From contig CAMDWJ010000020.1 in the NCBI GenBank assembly GCA_945877815.1, positions 467-64,466 of the forward strand: a stretch of 64,000 nt of DNA, written 5' to 3'. Every line of letters starts with the position of its first letter. The stretch's first letter is position 1. Both the position numbers and the translations under genes were made by a program. The DNA comes from Caenispirillum bisanense. GTDB lineage: Bacteria > Pseudomonadota > Alphaproteobacteria > Rhodospirillales > UBA2165. The notes beneath the pieces were generated by a model that was not told the origin of the DNA, searched no databases, and was given only the letters and a program-made list of their open reading frames with translations. Of this stretch, positions 8,467-17,829 are shown one piece after another.

Positions 8467-8706
8467 TTACGATTTGGTCGCACCGGGGAATCCTGCCGTG
8501 AACATCTTCTGGAACTGATCCCAGGCGGCGGCACCGCTCGGCATCCAGGTTTTGGCGATTTCCTGTGGATCCATCTTGCCCATATAGTCGACCATGCCGG
8601 CCTGGACCTGCTCCATCATCGCCTTGTTGAGGGCTTCGACATTGGGCAGGCCGAAAAACGCACGCGCCTCGTCGGGCGTGCAATCGATATCGATCGAGAA
8701 TTTCAT
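8467..8706 (-). CDS. Small conserved hypothetical protein co-oriented 22 nt downstream of phaC
   Basis: 79-aa ORF MKFSIDIDCTPDEARAFFGLPNVEALNKAMMEQVQAGMVDYMGKMDPQEIAKTWMPSGAAAWDQFQKMFTAGF. Composition is protein-like and the spacing to phaC is tight. I cannot name a family with confidence. Confidence 0.6.
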   Translation of the reverse strand: MKFSIDIDCTPDEARAFFGLPNVEALNKAMMEQVQAGMVDYMGKMDPQEIAKTWMPSGAAAWDQFQKMFTAGFPGATKS

Positions 8707-8728
8707 CTGAGCCTCTCCGTTTTATACG

Positions 8729-10546
8729 TCAGCCTTTGACTTTAACGTAGGAGCCCGGAGCGGTTTCGAGCACCTTCAATTTTCGATCCCCAGGCGCCCG
8801 CGCGGGCACGTCCGGATCGGACAATTTCGCCAGCCACGCATCCCAATCCGGCCACCAGGAACCCGGATATTCCTGCGCATCGGCGAACCATTCCTCGACG
8901 CCGTCATAGGACTTTTTCTTGGCATTGAGCCAATGCTGATATTTTTTCTTGTCGGGAGGATTGATAACGCCGGCGATATGGCCCGACCCCGCCAAGACGA
9001 ACCGCTTGGGTCCGCTCAAAAGATGCATCGCCTTGAACACCGATTTCGACGGGGCGATGTGATCTTCCTTCGACGCCTGGATATAGACCGGGATTTTGAT
9101 CTTGCTCAGATCGATCGGCACGCCGTCGATCACGAACCCACCAGGTTGGACGAGCTTGTTCTCGATATACATGCCTCGCATGTAGTCGATCCACAGGCGC
9201 GCTGGGAATCGCGTGGAATCGGAATTCCAATAGAGAAGATCGAACGCCGGCGGCTCCTTGCCGAGCAGGTAACTATTGATCATGAACGACCAGATGAGAT
9301 CGTTGGCACGCAAAAGATTGAATGTGCCTGCCATCGAGTCGCCGTCGAGATAACCCTTGTCCGTCACCTGATTTTCGAGACGCTTGATCGTCTCTTCGTC
9401 GGTGAAAACGCGCAGATCGCCGGCATCTGCGAAATCCACCTGCGCGGCGAAGAAGGTTGCCGCCGTGATCCGGTCGTCTCCTTCGGCCGCCATATAGGCC
9501 AGCGTCATGGCGAGGAGTGTACCCCCGATGCAATAGCCGATCGCGGTGACCTGGCGCTCGCCCGTCGCTTTTTCGACGGCGTCGAGGGCCGCGAAGATTC
9601 CCTCCTTCATGTAATCGACGAAGGAGAATTTGGCGTGACGTTCGTCCGGATTGACCCATGACATGATGAAGACCGTATAGCCTTGTCCCACCGCCCAGCG
9701 GATGAAGGAATTGTCCGGGCGCAGATCGAGGATATAGAACTTGTTGATCCACGGCGGAACGATCAGCAACGGCTTTTTGTGAACCTTCTTGGTCGTCGGT
9801 TCGTACTGCACGAGCTGGAAGAACAAATTCTCGAACACCACCGAACCCGGCGTCACCGCGACATTCTTCCCGATCTCGAACGCATTCATGTCGGTATGGC
9901 GCGGCCGCAGCATGCTGCCGCCGTCCTTCATATCCTCCATCAGATGCGCAAAGCCGCGACGCAGATTGTCGCCTTTGGTTTCCGCCGTCTCGCGCAAGAC
10001 CACGGGATTGGTCATCGCGAAGTTGCTGGGCGACAAAGCATCGACGATCGTGCGTCCGTAAAAATCGAGCTTGCGCGCGGCATCGGCGTCTATGCCGTCG
10101 ACCTCGGACAAGGTCTTTTTCAGCCAGCGCGAATTGATGAGGTAAGACTGCTTGATGAAATCGAAGATCGGATTTTCCGACCAGGCCGGATCGCGGAAGC
10201 GATTGTCCCCGGCTTCGGGCTTGATCACCGGGGCGACGGTCTCGGCCTGCCGGTTCATCATGCGTTGCGTCGTCGCGACCCACAATTCTTGGTATTCGCG
10301 CATCAATTCCGTCTGGTTTTCGAGCACCTTGGCCGAATCGAATGACGGCGCCGAAGCGTTCGCCTCGGCGCCGTTCGATTTGCCGTTCTCGGACATGCCC
10401 GTCGATGCGTCGCCGTTCGAGTTGGCACCCCAGGCGTTCATCCACTGAGTCATCGCCTGCTGATAGCCGGCGGCAAGTTTCCCCATCTCGCCGCTGAAGG
10501 CGGACATGGCGTCGCTTACTGTTTCCTCGGTGGATTTGTCCGTCAT
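8729..10546 (-). CDS. phaC: Class I poly(3-hydroxyalkanoate) synthase
   Basis: 605 aa with the lipase-box-like GYCIGG (…VTAIGYCIGGTLLAMTLAYMA…) and PhaC N-domain motifs (…RFRDPAWSENPIFDFIKQSYLINSRWL…). Confidence 0.95.
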   Translation of the reverse strand: MTDKSTEETVSDAMSAFSGEMGKLAAGYQQAMTQWMNAWGANSNGDASTGMSENGKSNGAEANASAPSFDSAKVLENQTELMREYQELWVATTQRMMNRQAETVAPVIKPEAGDNRFRDPAWSENPIFDFIKQSYLINSRWLKKTLSEVDGIDADAARKLDFYGRTIVDALSPSNFAMTNPVVLRETAETKGDNLRRGFAHLMEDMKDGGSMLRPRHTDMNAFEIGKNVAVTPGSVVFENLFFQLVQYEPTTKKVHKKPLLIVPPWINKFYILDLRPDNSFIRWAVGQGYTVFIMSWVNPDERHAKFSFVDYMKEGIFAALDAVEKATGERQVTAIGYCIGGTLLAMTLAYMAAEGDDRITAATFFAAQVDFADAGDLRVFTDEETIKRLENQVTDKGYLDGDSMAGTFNLLRANDLIWSFMINSYLLGKEPPAFDLLYWNSDSTRFPARLWIDYMRGMYIENKLVQPGGFVIDGVPIDLSKIKIPVYIQASKEDHIAPSKSVFKAMHLLSGPKRFVLAGSGHIAGVINPPDKKKYQHWLNAKKKSYDGVEEWFADAQEYPGSWWPDWDAWLAKLSDPDVPARAPGDRKLKVLETAPGSYVKVKG

Positions 10547-10553
10547 GCTATCC

Positions 10554-11276
10554 TCAATACATATGTTGGCCGCCGTTGACCGACAGGGTTGAGCCCGTCA
10601 GGAATCCGGCATCGTCGGCGACAAGGAACAGGATCGCGCGCGCGATCTCGCTGGCCTTGCCGAGACGGCCGACCGGAATGCGTTCGATGATTTTTTCAAG
10701 GACGCGTTCGGGCACGGCCGCGACCATGTCGGTATCGATATAGCCGGGCGCGATCGCATTGACGGTCACCCCATGAGGGGCGCCTTCCTGGGCGAGCGCT
10801 TTGGTGAAGCCATGGATGCCCGATTTGGCGGCGGCGTAATTCACCTGCCCGTATTGTCCGGCCTGCCCGTTGATCGAACCGACATTGACGATGCGGCCGA
10901 ATTTTCGTTCGCGCATGCCCGGAAATGTCGCGCGGCTCATATTAAAGCAGGATCCGAGATTGGTATCGACGACTGCTTTCCAGTCTTCGAATGACATGCG
11001 GTGCAAGGTAGCATCCCGCGTGATGCCCGCATTGTTCACGACAACTTCGATCGGTCCGAGATCTTTTTCGATTTGGGCGCAACCGGCGGCGCAGGCCGCG
11101 AAATCGGCAACATCCCATTTGTAGATGGCAATGCCCGTTTCGGCCTTGAAGGCCTGGGCCCGTTCGTCGTTGCTGCCATAGACGGCGGCGACTTTGTATC
11201 CGGCATCGCGAAGGGCCACGCTCGTTGCGGCGCCGATGCCGCGGGTTCCTCCGGTAACGATGGCGACGCGGCTCAT
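10554..11276 (-). CDS. phaB: Acetoacetyl-CoA reductase (SDR)
   Basis: 240 aa. MSRVAIVTGGTRGIGAATS (TGxxxGIG), the catalytic YAAAKSG, and a C-terminal …TGSTLSVNGGQHMY. It lies immediately upstream of phaC. Confidence 0.93.
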   Translation of the reverse strand: MSRVAIVTGGTRGIGAATSVALRDAGYKVAAVYGSNDERAQAFKAETGIAIYKWDVADFAACAAGCAQIEKDLGPIEVVVNNAGITRDATLHRMSFEDWKAVVDTNLGSCFNMSRATFPGMRERKFGRIVNVGSINGQAGQYGQVNYAAAKSGIHGFTKALAQEGAPHGVTVNAIAPGYIDTDMVAAVPERVLEKIIERIPVGRLGKASEIARAILFLVADDAGFLTGSTLSVNGGQHMY

Positions 11277-11400
11277 GATTTAGCTCCCTCCCATTGGGGT
11301 TATGTCGGAAGATCCCTCGTCATAACATGAAAAACAGTCGGACCGGAAAGAGGGATTAACCCGCCGTCCGGTCCGCCCTGCACAGGGAGGTTATCTGAAT

Positions 11401-11922
11401 TTAGCCGAGAAGGGGCTTCACAAAGGAATTCACGTTGCTCTCGACGCGAACCTTGATCGGATCAGTCACTTTCGTGACGGTTTCGGTGGCCATCTTGCTG
11501 AGCTTCGTGCTCTGGGCAACCGTACGGCTGAGCATCAGGTTCATGGCTTCCGACTGAATCTCGAAGAATTCCTGCGGGGTCTTCACGGCGAAAAATTTCT
11601 GCATCAGGTCGACATTCTGCGCGGTCGCCTTGGTCGTATAATCGACGACTTCCTCGTAATAGGCTTCGACGCCGCTGAGCGCAGCTGAGGAAGCGGCCGA
11701 CAGGGCTTCCATATTGCCTTTGCCGAACGCTGCGGCTTTGTCGTAACCGACCTTGCTGGCGTCGATCTGCTCTTTGCTGAAGGCCGAGGCGTTCTTGTAG
11801 CCGTCCGAAGCAGCCTTGGTGCTCATGCTCATCAGCGATTCGAAGGTTTCCTTGCCGACGGTGGCCATCGATTCTACGGCGTCGAGCCCGATGACTTTAT
11901 CCTTAAGTTTGCTTGCGTTCAT
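11401..11922 (-). CDS. phaP: Phasin (PHA granule-associated protein, phasin_2-like)
   Basis: I trimmed the track ORF 11401..12729 to the ATG at 11922 (MNASKLKDKVIGLDAVESMATVGKETFESLMSMSTKAASDGYKNASAFSKEQ…), which has AGGAG upstream. A 173-aa Ala/Lys/Glu-rich helical protein next to phaR. The upstream part of the track ORF is antisense to phaR. Confidence 0.85.
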   Translation of the reverse strand: MNASKLKDKVIGLDAVESMATVGKETFESLMSMSTKAASDGYKNASAFSKEQIDASKVGYDKAAAFGKGNMEALSAASSAALSGVEAYYEEVVDYTTKATAQNVDLMQKFFAVKTPQEFFEIQSEAMNLMLSRTVAQSTKLSKMATETVTKVTDPIKVRVESNVNSFVKPLLG

Positions 11923-11963
11923 GGTGGCGTCTCCTAAATGAGGGGCGAGTTCAACAGGGATTG

Positions 11964-12087
11964 TTTTGCGTTTGCGAACCGTACGGGATCGACACACGAT
12001 TATTTTGCATTGCAAAAGATATAGGGTGAGCACCCCCGCCGCGTCAAGATAAAATATTTTGCAGCGCAAAATATTTTGCGCTACAAA
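11964..12087. promoter_or_regulatory. phaP/phaR divergent control region with TTTTGC-N3-GCAAAA palindromes (candidate PhaR operators)
   Basis: TTTTGC-ATT-GCAAAA is perfect at 12003-12017, and TTTTGC-AGC-GCAAAA is perfect at 12057-12071 (the extended form is ATATTTTGC/GCAAAATAT). TTTTGC-GCT-ACAAA at 12074-12087 is imperfect. An extra TTTTGC half-site lies at 11964-11969. Confidence 0.5.
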
Positions 12088-12096
12088 GCGACGTCC

Positions 12097-12762
12097 ATGT
12101 ATGCCACAGTATTGAGAACCACCCCTTATCAGGCGGGAGCACGCGTCTTGGCCGACCAGCCGACCGACAAAGACAAGCCAATTTTCATCAAAAAGTACGT
12201 AAATCGGCGGCTTTACAACACCGCGACCGCCAGCTTCGTCACCCTCGACGATCTCCACGATATGGTGAAAAGCGGACAGAAATTCACTGTCACCGATGCC
12301 AAGACCAGCGCGGATATCACCTGTTCGGTGCTGGCCCAGATCATCGCCGATGAGGAAAATCGGGGGCATAACATGTTGCCCCCGAACTATTTGCGCCAGG
12401 TCCTCAAGCTCTACAACGAGGGGATCGGACCTCAGCTTTCGACCTATCTCGAACAGTCGGTCGACAGCTTCACCGCCAACCAGCAGCAAATGCTGACTCA
12501 GATGGCGCGCGTATTCGGCGGCCCGGACGCGATGGAAAATTGGGCCGAAGTCAGCCGCCGCAACTTGGAAGTGTTCCAGCAATCCTTCAATATGTTCGCC
12601 CGCGATGCCCAAACTTCGACCCCGGCACCCGCCAAAACCAGCGGCGCGCCCGAGCCGCAGGCAAGTAGCCCATCCAAGGATGACGAGGTTCGCGCGCTCA
12701 AAAAGCAGCTCGAGGAATTGCAAAAGCAACTCGATACAGTCTCACGCGAAAAAAATACCTGA
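12097..12762 (+). CDS. phaR: PHA synthesis repressor PhaR
   Basis: Signature PIFIKKYVNRRLYNTATASFVTLDDLHDMVKSGQKFTVTDAKTSADITCSVLAQIIADEENRG. The track start (TTG 12076) lies inside the third palindrome, so I prefer the ATG at 12097. The exact start is uncertain. Confidence 0.9.
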   Translation: MYATVLRTTPYQAGARVLADQPTDKDKPIFIKKYVNRRLYNTATASFVTLDDLHDMVKSGQKFTVTDAKTSADITCSVLAQIIADEENRGHNMLPPNYLRQVLKLYNEGIGPQLSTYLEQSVDSFTANQQQMLTQMARVFGGPDAMENWAEVSRRNLEVFQQSFNMFARDAQTSTPAPAKTSGAPEPQASSPSKDDEVRALKKQLEELQKQLDTVSREKNT

Positions 12763-12772
12763 GGATTCATTC

Positions 12773-13210
12773 GTGACTCAGATCGCGATACGTACCTTCG
12801 ACGACATCGCCGAGGGCATGACCGGCGAATTCTCCAAGATCTTGGGCGAAGCGGAGATCGTTGAATTCGCCCACGCGTCTGGAGATGTGAATCCGATCCA
12901 TCTCGACGCCGACTACGCCAAGACCACGATTTTCGGCGAGCGAATCGCCCACGGTCTTTTGACGGCGGGCGTCATTTCTGCGGCTTTGGGCACGGTTCTA
13001 CCCGGACCGGGCTGGGTCTATGTCGAGCAGAATTTGAAATTCCGCGGCCCCGTGCGCATCGGCGACACGGTGACGGCGCTCATCGCCGTCGTAAAACGCA
13101 TCCCCGAAAAGGGCTTCATCGAATTCACGACCATCTGCAAGGTCGGCGACAAGGTTGTTATCGACGGCGCCGCTACACTGATGGCGCCCCGTCCCAAGAA
13201 AGCTGCATAA
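12773..13210 (+). CDS. phaJ: MaoC-like (R)-specific enoyl-CoA hydratase
   Basis: GTG at 12773 with GAGGA 7 nt upstream, 11 nt after the phaR stop. 145-aa hot-dog fold: …[38 protein letters not shown]…. The track ORF start (12605) overlaps phaR in another frame. Confidence 0.85.
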   Translation: MTQIAIRTFDDIAEGMTGEFSKILGEAEIVEFAHASGDVNPIHLDADYAKTTIFGERIAHGLLTAGVISAALGTVLPGPGWVYVEQNLKFRGPVRIGDTVTALIAVVKRIPEKGFIEFTTICKVGDKVVIDGAATLMAPRPKKAA

Positions 13211-13272
13211 TCGCGTCACGGAAAACGACGGCGCCCACGCGGGGCGTTCGTCTATCGCATCAGGAGAACATC

Positions 13273-14457
<1,185 letters not shown>

Positions 14458-14470
14458 TTTTACCCGGCGG

Positions 14471-14556
14471 CGTCATTGCCGGGCTTGACCCGGCTATCCA
14501 TCTTAACAAACGACCTGAGATGAAGATGGATGCGCGGATCATGTCCGCGCATGACG
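14471..14556. repeat. Palindromic intergenic (REP/MITE-like) element
   Basis: Left arm CGTCAT-TGCCGGGCTTGACCCGGC-TATCCATCTT (14471-14504). Right arm reverse complement CGTCAT-GCGCGGACATGATCCGCG-CATCCATCTT (14523-14556). Each arm also carries its own internal hairpin. The right arm ends in the GGAGG used by the next gene. Confidence 0.55.
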
Positions 14557-14563
14557 GAGGTTC

Positions 14564-16063
14564 ATGAGCGAAGAAACCCAAACAAACATCATCGCGTTTC
14601 TCGCGCAGCCGTCGAGCTATGGCATCGATGGCAAGGTCGATGTCATCGAGACCCATATCTCACGCGTCTTCCTCGCCGGCGAATATGTCTAGAAACTCAA
14701 GCGGGCGGTAAAGCTGCCTTACGTCGATTTCATCAGCTTGGCGGCGCGCAAACATGCGTGCGAACAGGAACTCACGCTTAATCGACGCACCGCACCCGAC
14801 ATCTATCTGGACGCCCTCGCGATTACCAAGGATTCAACGGGGGCGTTACACCTTGGCGGCGATGGCGAAGCCGTCGATTGGGTCGTCAAAATGCGCCGCT
14901 TCGATCAGGATCAGCTGCTCGATGCGCTCGCGCGCATACCCGGCGCCTTGACGCGCGCGCAGATAGAAGACCTCTCCGAAAGCCTTTTCGCCTTCCACGC
15001 GGCGGCCGAGATCGTTCGCACCCAGGGCGGTCATGCAGCAATGGCCGCGTTCGCGCGCGCGAACGCAGAGGCGTTGGATAAATTCGGGGCCGAAAAATAC
15101 GACAAGACCGAGATGACCCGGCTCGCCGATCTCACCATGTTGCGGCTGGCAGCGGTCGCTGAACTTCTCGACCGCCGGCGTGACGATGGACACGTGCGGC
15201 GCGGCCACGGCGATCTGCATCTTCGCAACATCGTTCTGTTGAAAGGTCGGCCGACACCGTTCGATTGCATCGAATTCAACGAAGATTTCGCGATCGTCGA
15301 TACCATGTACGACCTCGCATTTCTGTTGACGGATCTTGAACATCGCGACCTGCGCGAGCTCGCCAATGCCGTGCTCAACCGCACCATCGATTTGTCCGGC
15401 GATATCGTCGCCCTCGCATGTCTTCCGCTTTTCCTGTCGCTGCGTGCGGCCGTGCGTGCGCATGTCGACGCGGCGCAGAAGAAATTCGGCGAAGGGGCCG
15501 AGTATCTCGATCTGGCGCTCGACTTCCTGACCCCGCGAGCCCCGCGCCTCATCGCGGTCGGCGGTTTGTCCGGCAGTGGAAAATCGAGCCTCGCGCGCCG
15601 GATCGCGCCGGCTATTGGCGGGGCGCCCGGTGCGGTCGTGCTGCGCAGCGACGTCATCCGCAAGCGCCTCGCCGGGGTTGGGCTTTACGACAAGCTCGAC
15701 GCGGCGAGCTATACCCAGGAAATGTCCGGTCGGGTTTATACCCGCATGCTCGACGAGGCCCGTCGCGCGATCGCAGCCGGCCATTGCGCAATCCTCGATG
15801 CGGTCTATGCGGGACCTGGGGAGCGCGACGCCGCCCGGGCCCTGGCCGGGGAATTCGACGTGCCGTTCGACGGGTTGTGGCTCGAGGTGCCGCTTTCCGT
15901 GCGCCAGCACCGGATCGGCAAGCAGAGGAAAGACGCCTCCGATGCCACGGAGGAGGTCGCCCGGGCCCAGGATCGCTACGATTTGGGCCTGATCGATTGG
16001 CATATTCTCGATGCGACGGCGGATTTGGGCAGTTTGGAGCGCCAAGCCGCCCAGATCTTGTGA
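14564..16063 (+). pseudogene. Bifunctional phosphotransferase-like / P-loop ATPase family gene interrupted by an in-frame TAG at codon 43
   Basis: ATG at 14564 with GGAGG 5-6 nt upstream. It translates MSEETQTNIIAFLAQPSSYGIDGKVDVIETHISRVFLAGEYV-TAG(14690-14692)-KLKRAVKLPYVDFISLAARKHACEQELTLNRRTAPDIYL…. The same frame continues into track ORF 14738..16063, which carries the kinase-like HGDLHLRNIV and the Walker A GGLSGSGKSSLARRIA. The TAG sits where I recall a Tyr in this family (…AYKLKR…). Confidence 0.75.
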
Positions 16064-16121
16064 TTTCGATTGCAGTGATCGAAATCACTGACATTTCCTC
16101 TGCGACAGCGCAGTATGGGCT

Positions 16122-16895
16122 ATGGCTGGCATTCAACTTACCCCCGCGCTGAATACGACGCTCGATGCGGTTCAACGCATCCAGGCGTTGTCCAACCGGC
16201 ACGCCGGAGATTTGGCGAGCGGACGCCAGCGCGACGACGGGTACGCGTCGTCCCCGTCCGATTACGTTGCCCAGAGCCTATCCGGCCAGGCTTCGGATCT
16301 GCTCGCGGTCAAGGATTCGATCCTTCAAGGCGCAAGCAAGTCCCAGGTGGCCATCGATGGGCTGCAAACAATCGACAAGACGCTCGATCAGCTGAAATCG
16401 ATTGCCCTTCAATACCAAAATACCGGCGACGCGAGCCAGCAAGCCCGACTGCAAAGCCAATTCGATACACTGTCGCAACAGGTGGACAATTTTGCCCGCG
16501 ATACCTCCTTCGGCGGGACTCAATTGATCTCGGCTCAACCCGACGATCTGACGATCCCGGTCTCCGATACTTCGTCGATCGTGATCGACGGGCAAGCCAG
16601 CGACAGTAACTCGCTCGGCTTTTCCATCACCGACGTGGCCTCGATCGATGGCGCCAAGGTCCAGGTTCGCGCCGCCCAGCAGTCCATCGGCACGGATTCC
16701 AGCTCCATTGAAATTCGCGACAATTTCACCAACAAGCTGGTCAACCGGCTGCAGGAAGGCGCCGCAAAACTGACGGACGTCGATCTCAACGAGGCGGCAG
16801 CCAATGCCCTATCGGCGGCGACCCGCAGCCAGCTGTCCTTTGCCGCAATCGCGCTCGCGGCCAAATCCGACCGCGCCATCCTCCAGCTCTTCTGA
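16122..16895 (+). CDS. Divergent flagellin-like protein (N- and C-terminal flagellin helical regions only)
   Basis: 257 aa. The N-region …LASGRQRDDGYASSPSDYVAQSLSGQASDLLAVKDSILQGASKSQVAIDGLQTIDKTLDQLKSIALQYQN follows the flagellin pattern SG-x-R…DDAAG…Q…GL…N…DG…Q…AL…L. The C-terminus LTDVDLNEAAANALSAATRSQLSFAAIALAAKSDRAILQLF matches the flagellin C-terminal helix pattern. No other flagellar genes occur in the window. Confidence 0.65.
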   Translation: MAGIQLTPALNTTLDAVQRIQALSNRHAGDLASGRQRDDGYASSPSDYVAQSLSGQASDLLAVKDSILQGASKSQVAIDGLQTIDKTLDQLKSIALQYQNTGDASQQARLQSQFDTLSQQVDNFARDTSFGGTQLISAQPDDLTIPVSDTSSIVIDGQASDSNSLGFSITDVASIDGAKVQVRAAQQSIGTDSSSIEIRDNFTNKLVNRLQEGAAKLTDVDLNEAAANALSAATRSQLSFAAIALAAKSDRAILQLF

Positions 16896-17086
16896 TCGCG
16901 TTTTCGGCTTGGCGGTCCGGCTCCGGGTCCACAGCCATGCCGATCCGGCGACTCAACGACCCTGAAATGACATGGGGTTTCCCATTGGCTTGGCTTGACG
17001 AAACGTGCCAACCTTACAAATCTAAATGGCAAGGGTGCCTCTTTTGGGCCCTGCCACGCTCGCTCTCTATGTGAGGAGGATCGGCA

Positions 17087-17554
17087 ATGTCTCGTATGCC
17101 CGTGTTCAACAGTCCCTTGCTGTTGGGGTTCGATCATTTCGAACGGGTACTCGACCGGGTCGCCAAGGCGTCGGCGGACGGTTATCCCCCTTACAATATC
17201 GAACAAATGGACGGCGAACGCCTGCGCATCACGCTCGCGGTCGCCGGCTTCACGATGGATGACCTCGACGTTTCGACCGAGGACAACCAGCTCGTCATCC
17301 GTGGCCGCCAAGCGGCCGACGAGGGAACCCGCGTCTTTCTTCACCGCGGCATTGCGGCGCGCCAGTTCCAACGGAGCTTCGTGTTGGCCGAAGGAATAGA
17401 AGTGACGGCAGCACGGTTGGAAGATGGGCTTTTGCATATCGAGCTGTTTCGCCCGATGCCCGAGCCCCAAGTGAAATCCATTAAAATCCAGAAAGGCGGC
17501 ACGTCCGGGAAACCGGGCGTCCGAACAATCGATGTGGACACCGAAAAGAAGTGA
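17087..17554 (+). CDS. Small heat-shock protein (Hsp20/IbpA family)
   Basis: 155 aa. …YPPYNIEQMDGERLRITLAVAGFTMDDLDVSTEDNQLVIRGRQ…FLHRGIAARQFQRSFVLAEGIEV…LEDGLLHIEL is an alpha-crystallin domain. GAGGAGG lies upstream of the ATG. Confidence 0.93.
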   Translation: MSRMPVFNSPLLLGFDHFERVLDRVAKASADGYPPYNIEQMDGERLRITLAVAGFTMDDLDVSTEDNQLVIRGRQAADEGTRVFLHRGIAARQFQRSFVLAEGIEVTAARLEDGLLHIELFRPMPEPQVKSIKIQKGGTSGKPGVRTIDVDTEKK

Positions 17555-17573
17555 CGCAGACAACGACGCCGCA

Positions 17574-17762
17574 ATGACCACGCAAATGCTAGCGACCCTC
17601 GGTTTAAATGAACTCGCCTTCCTCAAACCCGTTGTGGACGAGGGAAGGCCGGCTTACGGCATCTTTTCCGCGAACGGCATCGCCATCGGCGTTGCCCCCG
17701 ACCGCGATACCGCGGCCGCGGCGACGATCCAGCACGACATGGTTCCGGTCAGCGTTCACTAG
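17574..17762 (+). CDS. DUF1150-family small protein (usual partner of alphaproteobacterial hsp20)
   Basis: I trimmed the track ORF to the ATG at 17574: MTTQMLATLGLNELAFLKPVVDEGRPAYGIFSANGIAIGVAPDRDTAAAATIQHDMVPVSVH. The pattern (…LAYVK…Y.I..A.G…DR..A…VSVH) and the position right after hsp20 both fit. Confidence 0.8.
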   Translation: MTTQMLATLGLNELAFLKPVVDEGRPAYGIFSANGIAIGVAPDRDTAAAATIQHDMVPVSVH

Positions 17763-17829
17763 GGCGGAGATCGACCACACAGATCGAAAGGGGCGGCCTC
17801 GTGCGAATCGTGAGGCTGACGACAAACAC

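Noticed and set aside
11923-12729. The N-terminal 269 codons of track ORF 11401..12729, which would make a 442-aa protein ending in the phasin.
   Set aside because: This part is antisense to phaR, which has a clear signature, and runs through the operator-rich intergenic region. A strong AGGAG + ATG at 11922 gives a normal-sized phasin.
14530-14781. Track ORF 14530..14781(+) (83 aa) as the gene upstream of 14738..16063.
   Set aside because: It is in a different frame from the conserved N-terminal sequence. The frame starting at ATG 14564 matches the family and is continuous with 14738..16063 except for the TAG.
16960-17086. ROSE-type RNA thermometer and sigma-32 promoter upstream of hsp20.
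   Set aside because: CTCTC…GAGGAG can pair with one bulged G across the SD, which is reminiscent of ROSE. However, the stem is only 5 bp and does not extend, and I could not find the conserved upstream ROSE hairpins. CTTGAC-N15-CTTACAAAT is only a loose match to the CTTG-N17-CYTATNT sigma-32 pattern. This is possible but not supportable by eye. A covariance-model (Rfam ROSE) scan would decide it.
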